A DNA stretch of 62,783 nt, filler included, from Chiloscyllium plagiosum (Eukaryota), in the NCBI RefSeq assembly GCF_004010195.1. It is 3 parts of one record of this genome, joined end to end, with 100 filler letters (N's around TTAATTAATTAA, not from the genome) between each part and the next. Parts side by side here need not be neighbours in the genome. Positions count along the whole stretch, not along the records: positions 1 to 23,918 come from NC_057717.1; 2 more parts are not named here. The stretch is one strand, 5' to 3'. A program made the translations under genes and the position numbers. Positions 1 to 11,049 of the stretch are shown piece by piece. Below the pieces are notes generated by a model. That model worked only from the letters and a program-made list of their open reading frames with translations. It was not told where the DNA came from and did no database searches. Numbering within the stretch: position 1 is the first letter of the stretch; each line of letters opens with the position of its first letter.

Positions 1-379
1 GGCAGGATCGGTGTTAAGAATGGCCTCTCTCTGCTCCTTTGTGTCTGTGCCATTTCTGGCCGAGGTTTTTAAACAATCAAAATGAGGACAATATGAATGA
101 AACGCCAAGTAATATTTTGGTCTCACCTCCACCTCGCTTCCCTCCCGGCTGGAATAGACAGCTCTTGTTTCAGCTTTAGATCAGACAGTGGAGGATTCTC
201 ACAAGTTCTCCTACAGGCTGAATGTTCCTTCACATAAGTTTCCAAGTGGACACATGGAGCAAGCAATTGCATGGATGCTGGGTATTCAGGGGCAGATTTC
301 CCCTTTGCTGTGCTGGAATTCTGGCCAAGGTAGTAAACGTGAATTTCTGATATTTTGACTCTTACTCTGGGTTCTTGCG

Positions 380-1530
380 ACTTTACTAATTAAGCTGAAT
401 TTCATTTTGCCCATTCATGTCTCTGAAATGGCCACAATATTGAAGTCTCAGTTCACAACCCATGACACCTGCTTTATCCCAGATGCTCCTAGCAATGAAG
501 TAGGCAAACTTCAAACCACATTCATCCTTGTCAGCATGCACTCGCAAACCCGAAAACCTATTTATGTCCAAACCACTCAAAACTTCCTGCAAACTGCAGC
601 TAAACTTCAGGTTCGCACTCCGCTGCTGAATTCGTTTAAACCCTCCTGAAGAGCGTTAGAAAATTATCCACTCAGGGTATTGGTACCCTTCCAGTGCAGG
701 TTAAGACAATCCTGTTTGTAGAGGTCCAACCGGCTCCAGAATGATCCCCAACTATCCAGTATCCAAATCCCTATCCCCTACACCATCCTTAGAACCACGT
801 GTTCATCTGCTCTCTCCCTATTCTTTCCCTCACTATAACGTGGTATGTGTAACTATTCAGAGAGATCAACTCTGTTTAATCTAGATCTAAGATGTCACCC
901 TGGATCCCTGAATTTCTGCCATACATCCACATCAATTTTATTACATATGTTGTTAGTGCATATGTGTACCATGACCTCGGGCTGCTCCCCCTCCCCCTTA
1001 AGGATCCCGAAAGCACGCTGCGAAACATCACACACTTGGAATTACAGGGAGTTGATACCTCCAACTGGTAACTTGGAGGTATCACATCAATCATGACCCT
1101 GCACTGTACCCACAGAAACTGCAATCTGTCCCCCTCTCTATGTATTCCCCAATAACTATTGCTCTCCCCCGCTCCATTACCCTTCTGATCACAGGGATAA
1201 ACACTGTGCCAGAGATCTGTATCCCATGGTTTACCCCGCGCAGGTCATCCCCCAAAAAAGTAACAAATACGGTAAGCTTGTTACAGATGGGCACAGTCAA
1301 ACCAGATGCCTGCACTGGATGCCTGTTCCCTTTTCGTCTCCCGACCATTTTCTTGTACCTGAAGTGGAACTTCCCCACGTAACTCCTCGCAATTCACCTC
1401 AGATTCCCGAAAGATCCAATGGTCAGCTCCAGTTCTCTAAAGCTGTTGCCAAGGAGATGGAGTTGCGTGCACTTGCCGCAGATTCAAATGTCAAGGACAT
1501 TATTGAAAACTCTTATCTCGCACATTCTAC
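380..1530 (-). mobile_element. Decayed CR1-type LINE, ORF1 (esterase-like) region
   Basis: The minus strand near 670-730 reads DLYKQDCLNLHWKGTNTL, matching the same segment in the + strand CR1 near 12330-12390; many stops. Confidence 0.7.
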
Positions 1531-1680
1531 AGGAAGAATCATTCAAATGGCCGACCATCCATTCCTCATATTCTGACTTCACACAGACACACACACACAC
1601 TCACATATATATGTTTGTGTGTGTGTGTGTGAATTCAGAACATTTGGAATGGATGGTCGGCCATTTGAATGTTCTTCCTT
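1531..1680. repeat. Imperfect palindrome centred on a CA/TA/TG microsatellite, abutting an N gap
   Basis: aggaagaatcattcaaatggccgaccatccattcc... (from 1531) is the reverse complement of ...ggaatggatggtcggccatttgaatgttcttcct (to 1679). Confidence 0.9.
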
Positions 1681-3115
1681 NNNNNNNNNNNNNNNNNNNN
1701 NNNNNNNNNNNNNNNNNNNNNNNNNNNNNNNNNNNNNNNNNNNNNNNNNNNNNNNNNNNNNNNNNNNNNNNNNNNNNNNNNNNNNNNNTTGAGTAAAACA
1801 GCATTTATTCAAATAATTATGTTTTTTGGAATGTTCTGTCCTTGAGAAATACCTCAGTTACTGAATACCAGCCATAAAGACTCCCTGAGTGAATACACGT
1901 CACTCAATAGAGATACAGAGGTGATTTCTGAAGGCGATGACGTTTCTCAAGGCGCTGATCCTGCGCTGTGTTAAATTCCGGAAAGGAGGTTGAGCTCGTT
2001 TCATATTACTGATGTTGCTGCAAGCTCGCACAGTCCATTAAAACAATCCAAAAAATATTAGCTTTGTCTGATTGGACATTCTGCCTGTTATCAGAAAAAC
2101 TGGAGTAGAAATTACAAAGATGTTTTAATGTACTGCTGTGAAGATTACACAATTCAAACAGGATTTTTTTCGTGTCTTGTCACGAGATATGTTTTGGGGG
2201 AGATGAGTGAACAGCAAATGAACTCACTCCCTTCTCTGTGATATCAGCCAAATTTTACAATGCAACGCATGAAAGAACAAAGGCACATTACATGCCAAGT
2301 CAGTTCCAACTCACGATAGTATCGTTTCACTTTGATTGTCGCCATCTTTTAAATTATTAGCTAAGTGGCGAGATCAGGAGAACACGCCACATGATCTACT
2401 CATCTTTTCCACTATCCCATGAAACTCCGCTTTGTCGTTTTAAATGGTATTATCCCTACATCGTTGGCTTCCTTTCCATTTTTCTGTTTCCAAGTAAACG
2501 CTGTCCATTCTTCCGGATGTCTTTTCATTCCAGCCATCACCATCCATGTCTTTTATCATCTCTTTATGTCCCACTATAGTCCATGTTGAGAAAGGATGCT
2601 GGGGCCAAAACAACACGAAACAACATGAAAACCCGCTCTAATTCTGTATACTCCCATTACCAATGACGGGAAAATGGGAGTTAGTTCAGTCAAAAGTATA
2701 TCCGTTGGTTGTTGCACAATGGATCAATCACGGATGGGGCCTTGACTGTTTTTCCTCACTTTTCTCCCCTGTCTGAACATGTGCTAAAGCAACACAATAA
2801 GGTAAATAGAATGCCCACAGTTCAGAAACTGGCTATTTGATGAAACAAATGCACACCAATCCTCCAGGGATTAACCCTCACACAACAATTCCTTGCACTT
2901 TTTCTCTTCATTTGCTCCTGAATAAGGCACCTTACTAACAGTCGACCCAGTTGTAGGCAAATCATATCTCTGGCGCTGTGCGGCAGCAGTGATAACCAGT
3001 GAGCCACCTTGCGGCTCTGTACAATTATGCAAGGCACATGTGGACGCGTTTGAAATTCAATTCCTGTCAAATATGGTCTTCTCTTGTTGCCCTTATCAGG
3101 AACAATAAATCCAGA

Positions 3116-3187
3116 TTCCCTGATCAAGGAATGAACCCAAACCACAACGGTGAAAGCGCTGCATCGTAACCACTGGTCGACCAGGAA
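3116..3187 (-). pseudogene. tRNA-Glu(TTC) pseudogene
   Basis: Reverse complement TTCCTGGTCGACCAGTGGTTACGATGCAGCGCTTTCACCGTTGTGGTTTGGGTTCATTCCTTGATCAGGGAA aligns end to end with vertebrate tRNA-Glu (TCCCTGGTGGTCTAGTGGTTAGGATTCGGCGCTTTCACCG...GGTCAGGGAA); anticodon TTC kept, T-loop and stems mutated. Confidence 0.85.
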
Positions 3188-4118
3188 GGACGGCATGTGC
3201 TATTGTATCTTCTCTGAACAGCATAGCTTTCTTTTCCTGCGATGAGAAATTCCTTCCAAAAAAGAGTGTTCGTGACACCGTGCTTTTACAGCACAGAATA
3301 ATACATTATGTCAGTGCCAGTCATCAAACATCCAAATATTCTCTTTTCCAGTTACCGCTAATTGTCCCACAGCCTGATGTCTGAAGTGTTCATCTGAATG
3401 AGACTTTCCCTGCAAAGTTTTAATCTCAAATAAACCAGTGAATGAGACTGATATCAGATACCGTCAAATTTGTTCATGAACTGCGGGAGAACTGAACCTC
3501 ATTTTGACCCATAGAGGGAACTATACAGACGCATCTTTTGAAAGTGACAAAGGCCTCAGGAGAGACCAACATCCATAAAATGAGGAATTGATCCGTTTGG
3601 CCTCTTCTTTCGTCAGGACTCGCTTTGAAACCCGATTCTGTTTACAGTATTAGAGGGGTAAACAGGCAGGAGGCTGTCCTTCAAGGACTGCCCCAATCGT
3701 GAATAATTGGTACCCGCTAAACGTTGACTTCTCCACCTGTGAGACAGCCTGACTAGCTGTGCTCTTCAAGCCTCCTACTTGTTTAATTTGAATTCCAGCA
3801 GATTCCTGTCTCTACATACGGAATGGAAGCATTCAGCCGCATACCTGTACGTTTTCGTCCTGCACTGTTTCACCGTTACTTTACTGCTTCTACTGATTCA
3901 CGTTGTTCTTCCTGCCAAACGAAGGCATTCTTCGCATCAGAGGCGTGTTATCTTCATGTTCCTCGAAGGAAAAACACCGATGTGGACTTCTAAACAGAAA
4001 CAGATGCGGCCTGGTCTCCGTAAAAAATAACTTCCAGCTGTTCCTTCAAAAATAATTCCTAACAACATAAAGAACGCACCTTCGGATGCCGCTGCAGCAG
4101 TTGCAAGAAAATTCAGTA

Positions 4119-4191
4119 AGGCCGCAGTGAAATTTGAGGTGACAACCCCGTGTTTACAGAACCAGTGCTTGAATCACTGAGCTATGGAAGC
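4119..4191 (-). pseudogene. tRNA-Thr(TGT) pseudogene, copy A
   Basis: Reverse complement GCTTCCATAGCTCAGTGATTCAAGCACTGGTTCTGTAAACACGGGGTTGTCACCTCAAATTTCACTGCGGCCT resembles GGCTCCATAGCTCAGTGGTTAGAGCACTGGTCTTGTAAACCAGGGGTC...GGGGCCT; B box degraded. Confidence 0.8.
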
Positions 4192-5091
4192 ACTAACCCA
4201 GGCGCCTTTTTGAGATTGACAAAAGACGATGACCTCTGGCAGAAAAACTTCGGTCATCTCAATTTTGTGATACAAGCTTCGTTTATTGTGACAAAATACG
4301 ACTTGAAACCCACTTCTTTGATTACTTGTTCGATATAACACTTTGTCAGCTTCCCAATATCTCATAATGTGACAGAGATCAACATTTGTTTAAACTCCCT
4401 CAGAGTAAACGCTTTGAATTTTCTATTATATGAAAGACACGATGTAGTATTGATACCAATACATTGCCCTGATGTGAGCATGTATTACAGTTTTTTCTTA
4501 ATTATTTGGTGAGTAATTGCTTTCCTATAGCCTGGTGCGATTTACATAGCTACAAGATTTCATAATCTCTTGCCTTGGCAGATGACATGTCGGCACCAAA
4601 CGTGAAACAGTTCAAATCGAACATGCTCCGGAGTTTGGAATTCGAGGGAATGCAGATATCTGAGAGAGCACTTTAAAACATAATCTTGGGTGCCGTGTCC
4701 GCTGGCTGGATTGGCATACTATTGACAAGCTCTATTTACTCTTGAGTGGCCTGGAAGACATGACAGTGACAGATAGAGGGAGGACAGTCAAGAGATTTGT
4801 AGACAATGATGAAAACTTTGAAATTTAGCTGCCCGGTGATGGGTGAGCAAGCCTTGTTGTGAGTACACCCACATGCAGGAGAGGTATTGGAAGAACTCAG
4901 GATTACATCATTGGGTGAATAACCTGCAACTCCTTCCCTTCCACCATGTTGGAGCCCTTGTGGAAAAATAAAGCTGCGAAGGCCGCAGTGCACGTTTGGG
5001 AAAATGGGCGTTGGTAAAAATGTCATTCAGGTAATGCACAATGAAACAGTGAACAGAAAGCAAGTACACCCTTGAATAGAAGCAGAGGGAG

Positions 5092-8050
5092 TTAGAGCAT
5101 AAAACATAGAACATGGAACATTACAGCGCAGTACAGGCCCTTCGGCACTCGATGTTGCACCGACCTGTCATTCCAATCTGAAGTCCATCTAACCAACACA
5201 ATTCCATGTTCGTCCATATGCCTGTCCAATGACGACTTAAATGTACTTAAAGTTGGCGAAGCTACTACCATTGCAGGCAAAGCATTCCACACCGTTCCTA
5301 CTCTCTGAGTAAAGAAACTACCCCGAACATCTGTCCGAAATCTATCACCCTTAAATTTAATGCTATGGCCCCTCGTGCTCGCTGTCACCATTCTTGGAAG
5401 AAGGCTCTCCCTGTCCACCCTATCTAACCCTCTGATTATATTATATGTCTCTATTAAGTCACTTCTCAACATTCTTATCTCTAACGAAAACAACTACAAG
5501 TCCCTCAGCCTTTCCTCGTAAGACCTTCCCACCTTACCTGGCAACATCCGAGTAAATCTTCTCTGCACCTTTTCCAAAGCTTCAACATCCTTCTTATAAT
5601 GCGGTGACCAGTACTGTGCACAATCGTCCATGTGCGGCCACACTAGAGTTTTGTACAGCTGTAGCATAACCTCATGGTTCCGGAACTCGATCCCTCCCCT
5701 GTCCACTTGGGTGGCAAATTTCAAGGATCTCTGTTCCTGAACACCGAGATCTCTCTGCACAACTACACTACCCGGAAACTTACCATTCGCCCAATACGTT
5801 TTATTCTGGTTACTCCGACAAAAATGAATCACCTTACACTTGTCCGCATTAAACTCTATTTGGCACCTCGCGGCCCAGCTAGTAGCTTATATATGTCTCT
5901 CTGTAAACTACAACATCCTGAATTACTATCCACAACTCCTCCGACCTTAGTGTCATCTGCAAATTTACGAACCCACCCTTCTACGCCCTCATACATAAAA
6001 ATCACATACAGCAGTGGACCCAACACCCACCGTTGCGGTACATCACTGGTAACTGGACTACAGTCTGAACATTTCCTTTCAAACACCACCCTCTGTCTTC
6101 TTTCAGCAAGCCAATAACTGATAAAACTGCTACATCTCCCACAATCCCATTCCTCTGCATTTTGTACAATAGCCGACTGTGGGGAACCTTATCGAACGCC
6201 TTTCTGAAATGCATATACACAACATCAACTGGTTTACTGTCATCTACCTGCTTGGTCACCTTCTAAAAGAAATCAGTAAGGTTTGTGAGGCACATTATAC
6301 CCTTCACAAAACCATGCTGACTATCCCTCATCAAACTATTATTTTCCAGATGATTATAAATCCTATCGCTTATAACCATTTACAACACTTTACCAACAAC
6401 TGAAGTGAGACTCATAGGTCTGTAATAAACGGGATTTTGTCTCGACTCCCCTTCTTGAACATGAAATCCACATTTGCTATCCCCCAGTCTTATAAAACTA
6501 TTCCTGCAGACAATGACGATTTAAAGTTCAATGCCAAATGCTCGGCAGTCTCCCCACCACCACCACCCTCCCCCCCCCCCCCCCCGGGCTTACCAGAGGA
6601 CCCTCGGATAAATCTTATTCGGCCCAGGGTAATTATCTATTTTTTTACACTCTGCAGGATTTCTAATGCCTCCTCCTTGTGAACCTCAATCCCACCTATT
6701 CTAGTAGCCTGTATCTCAGTATTCTCCTCGACAACATTGTCGATTTCTAGACAGAATACTGTTGAAAAGTATTCATTCAGTGCTTCCCCTATCTCCTCTG
6801 ACTCGACCGCAACTTCCCACTACTATCCACTACTATCCATCCTATGCTTCCTAAATCATCTCAGTATTCTCCTCGACAACATTGTCGATTTCTAGACTGA
6901 ATACTGTTGAAATGTATTCATTCAGTGCTTCCCCTATCTCCTCTGACTCGACACGCAACTTCCCACTACTATCCACTACTATCCATCCTATGCTTCCTAA
7001 ATCTTGCCTAATCGCATCATAATTCCCTTTCCCCAGCTGTAACTTTTGCCCAGTGGTATACAACTATAAATTTCTATGACAAACATAAACATAACAGAAT
7101 TGTGATCTCTATCACCAAAGTACTCACCTACTTCCAAGTCTAACAACTGGCCTGATCATTGCACAGTACCAAATCTAATGTGGCCACGCCCCTTGTTGGT
7201 CTGTCTACAAATTTTATCAGGAAGCCCTCCTGTACACATGGACAAAAACTGACCCATCTATAATACTCGTACTGTCGTGTTCCCAGTCAATATTTGGAAA
7301 GTTGAAGTCCCCATGACAACTACCCTGTCTCTCTCACTGCTATCAAGAATTATCTTTGAAAACCTTTCATCTACATCTCTGGAACTATTCAGAGGCCTAT
7401 AGAAAACTCCCAACAGGGTGACATCTCAAATCCGCTTTCTGACTTCAGCCCATATTACCTCAGTTGACGAGTTCCCAAACATCCTTTCTGCAACTGTAAT
7501 ACTGTCCTTGACCAACAATTCCACATGCCCCACCCCCCTTACATTCTTCTCTGTTCTTACTGAAACATCTAAATCCTGGAACCTGCAACACCCATTCCTG
7601 TCCCTGCTCTATTCATGTCTCAGAAATGGCCATAAAAAAGAATTCCCAGGTACAAACCCATGCTGCAAGTTCAACCACCTTATTCCGGATGCTCCTGGCG
7701 TTGCAGTAGACACACTCCAAACCAACGTCTTGCTTGCCGGTGCCATTTTGTGTCCCTGAAACTTGATGTTGTACCTCCCTACTCTCAACGTTTTCTATAC
7801 TTGAACTACAATTTTGGTTTCCATCCCCCTGCTGGACAAGTGTAAACACACCCCAATAGTCTTAACGAATATCCCCCGAGGATATTGTTAACCTTCTGGT
7901 AGAGATGAAGACCATCCTGCTTTTAGAGGTCCCAGCTATCCCAGAAAGAGCCCCAATTATCCACAAATCCAAAACCCTCCCTCCTTCACCATCCCTGTGG
8001 CCACGTATTCAACTGCTCTTTCTCCCTATTCCTTGCCTCACTAGCACCAC
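5092..8050 (-). mobile_element. CR1-type LINE (end of ORF1, EN, RT, 3' tail), internally deleted
   Basis: ORF fragments VDVVYMHFRKAFDKVPH, VPQRWVLGPLL, KFADDTK, LEKVQRRFTRMLPG and CVYCNARSIRNK; (CTATGTT)n-like tail at about 5100-5120. Confidence 0.95.
6713..7003. repeat. 145-bp tandem duplication inside the CR1
   Basis: atctcagtattctcctcgacaac...cctatgcttcctaaatc starts at both 6713 and 6858, near-identical. Confidence 0.9.
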
Positions 8051-8329
8051 AGCAGGGTGGGAATTTGAAAGGACAGATGGATGTGTATTACGACCGTGGA
8101 GGCCAAACGAATGGATTCGAGATTGAGCTGCAGAAAAGCAGAGACGTGGAAGAGTTAATGATGTTCATGAAGTGCAAGTAGGCTGACATGGCGATTATGG
8201 GGATATGTGGTGAATAACACATAACGAGGTAAATCATGTCACCATGGTTATGACGTGTCTTTCCAGACTGAGACGATTGCCAGGGAGGAGATTGACTCCG
8301 TGGCGAGGCATTTTCTCCCAGCACGTGGT

Positions 8330-9155
8330 CGATGATGCCTTCCAGCTCATCTCAAACACTTTCCTCAACTCCGCACCCAAAACCCATCCCAGAAACTATG
8401 ACGACGACGGAACTCCCTTCTAAATCACTTTAAAATCCAGCAACCTCTGTAGACATCATGCCATCCTCCCGTATTCCCGTCAGCTGGAAATGAACCACAT
8501 CAACTTTCTCTAAAGACCATTCCTTCTTTGACTCCCTTGCCAAGTGCAAGCCACCACCAAACCACCGTCCCCTTCTAACAACCTTCTCATTCCAATACAG
8601 GATTTGAAAAACATCCCCCCACACCTCCGCTCTCAACTCTTTCCAAGCCCCCAAAGGACACTTCCATGTCCATCAGTGGTTCACCTGCATTTCCACGCAT
8701 GTCATTTACTGTATCCATTGCTCCCTTTGCAGTCTCCTCCACATCGACGAAATTGGATGCCCAAGTACAGACCGCTTCGGAAAACATCTCCGGGACACAA
8801 TCACCAAACAACGCCACTGGCTCTTCGACGAACACGTTAACTCTCCCTCCTACACAGCCAAATTCATTCATGTCCAGGGCTTCCGCCGCTCTCATGAACT
8901 GTCCTATCTGTCCATCTTCCTTCCCACTTATCTGCTCCACCCTGCGCTGCGACCTATCATCATCAACCCCACCTCCGTCCACCTAACACACTCTCAGCTA
9001 CCTTGTCCCAGCCACACCTGCTCCCATTTGTCTCTCCACCCCTCTGTTCACAAGCCTCTTTCCTGAAGAAGGCTCGTGCCCGAAATGTTGATTGTCCTGC
9101 TCATTGGATGCTGCCTGTCTTGCTGTGCTTTTCTAGTATCACGCTTTCGACTCTG
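8330..9155 (+). mobile_element. Penelope-like element 3' fragment (GIY-YIG region and terminal repeat)
   Basis: Similar to 20600-21610; decayed HVIYCIHC motif near 8700; terminal cctgaagaaggctcgtgcccgaaatgttg...gatgctgcctgtcttgctgtgc. Confidence 0.8.
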
Positions 9156-9199
9156 TGGCAAGGCAGTGGATTTTGAGTTTGGGACTGAAGTCAGAGGCT

Positions 9200-9910
9200 T
9201 CAGTTTTGCAATGATTCAATTGTAAGAAATGTCTGCTCCAAAAGGACTGGATGTCATGAGCAAGTGAGACGAAGTCACGCCTGTGGAGGTGACCGACTTG
9301 CATTTCACAAACATATATCAGGGTGCAGTATGGCAAACTGTTGAATAAGAGGCCATGGATTGAAGCTTGGCTAACTGGCAGAAGGCAGACAGTTGGGTAA
9401 AGGGGTCTCTTCCAGGATGGCAGCCCGTGACTAGTGGAGTTCAGCGCCAGTGTTGACACCACAGCTATTCCCATTCTGTATGGATGATCCATTCAAAGGA
9501 ACTGAGGGTGTTGTTGCTCCATTCGAAGAAGACACAATGATAGGTGGAAGGGCAGATCTTATTGATGATGGGGGCATGCTGCAGAATGACTTGAACGGGC
9601 TGAGTGCTTCGAAAAAAATAGTTCCGATTGGCATACATTGTGGAAAATATGAGGTCATATGTTTGGTGGAAAGAGTAGAAGCATAGACAATTTCCTGAAA
9701 GCAGAAAGATTTCAATGTTCATTTTGTTTATGTTCAGCATGCAGTTTCAGCTGGTGTTTAGGAAGGCAAATACAATGTAGGCTTCAATTCAAGATAACGA
9801 GAAAGAACGGGCAGAGGTTTACACCTCAATGGGAGGCTCCAGAAAGATGCATTTGGAACATTGGGAGTAGGTTTTGTCCCCGTATCTAAGTGATGATATG
9901 TTTTGAGTGG
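9200..9910 (+). mobile_element. Highly decayed CR1/L2-type LINE RT fragments
   Basis: Relics of WLTGRRQTV, PVTSGV and FEEDTMIGG (from FADDTKIGG). Confidence 0.65.
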
Positions 9911-9929
9911 TGGATAGGAGGCTTCTTAT

Positions 9930-10200
9930 GGCTGACTCAGTGGTGAGTACTAATACCTTGCAGCATCAGCGATGTTGGTTAAATATCTACTTTGGACGAC
10001 TATTTGAAGTTTGCACATCCTCTCCGTTTCAGCTGGGTTTCCTCCACAGACTAAAGATGTGTGGCTGACGTTCTTTGGTCATGGGAAATGCAGAGTTACA
10101 GAAATTGGGTAGAGGTGTGTGTTTGGGTGCGATTCTCTTCGCAGGATTAGTTGGGGTTTCTTGTACCGAATGGCCTGTTTCCACATTGTAGGTATTCCGT
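9930..10200 (+). mobile_element. Decayed HE1-like SINE
   Basis: tRNA-like head gactcagtggtgagtact, core gtttgcacatcctctccgtttcagctgggtttcctcc, tail ggcctgtttccacattgtagg. Confidence 0.75.
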
Positions 10201-10229
10201 TAGAACAACGTTGATCGCAGGGATTTAGG

Positions 10230-10980
10230 CCTGTGAAGATTTTTTTTAAGGAGGTGACAGCTTCCGTATAAACACAGGGTTTCAAGTGAATCTCTTGAAC
10301 TATGTCGGGAGTGGAGGGGCATTCTTAAGGAGGATATCGTAAACGTCAATCGGGAATATGAGATCGCCTCAGGACATAATGTTAAGTATGTTCTAAAGTG
10401 ATTCTACAAGCGCATTAAGAACTTCAGACCAAATATAACCACTTTAAGATGAAAAAAGCTCACCTTTTCCTTGAATCTCAGCAGATGGAGAGAGGTTCAC
10501 TTCGCGTCAGTTTACACCTTGGAGAACAAAATGGCGGGTATAATTGATGGTTTGAAAGAAGTTCATATTGAAAAGAGAATTTGGTGGAGGACCTGGAAAA
10601 TATAAAGTTGGATATTTCTTGGGATCTGATCTCCTGTATCCTGGACATTTGTGGGAAGTTAGGGAAATAAACTGTTGGGCCCTCCGGAGAAATATTTTTA
10701 TCATCTATTATGACGAGTGAGGCGCCGAATGACTGGGGGATGGCTAATGTTGGCCCTTTATTTAGAAAGGAATTCATGAAAAAGCCTGGGGCCAATAGAC
10801 CTGTGTGTCTGGTTATGGTCGTGGGTACGTTGTTGGATGTAATTCTAAACGATAGGATTTATTTGACTTTTTAGGTACAAGGAATGAATAGGGAAAATCA
10901 GCATGGTTTTGCACAAAATTTATTGATTTTTTTGAGGGTTTAACCAAGAATATCAATGAGGACATAATGGATGTCCTCCC
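10230..10980 (+). mobile_element. Decayed CR1 ORF2 fragment
   Basis: Relics of DWGMANVGPLFRK, PGANRPVCL and ENQHGF. Confidence 0.7.
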
Positions 10981-11049
10981 ATTACAGGAGCAGCAATGAC
11001 AGTTTTATATGCTGTTGGATTGTCTTGGATCTTGAGGAAAAATACGTCA

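Noticed and set aside
3116..4191. Functional tRNA genes
   Set aside because: Broken stems and B boxes; reported as pseudogenes instead.
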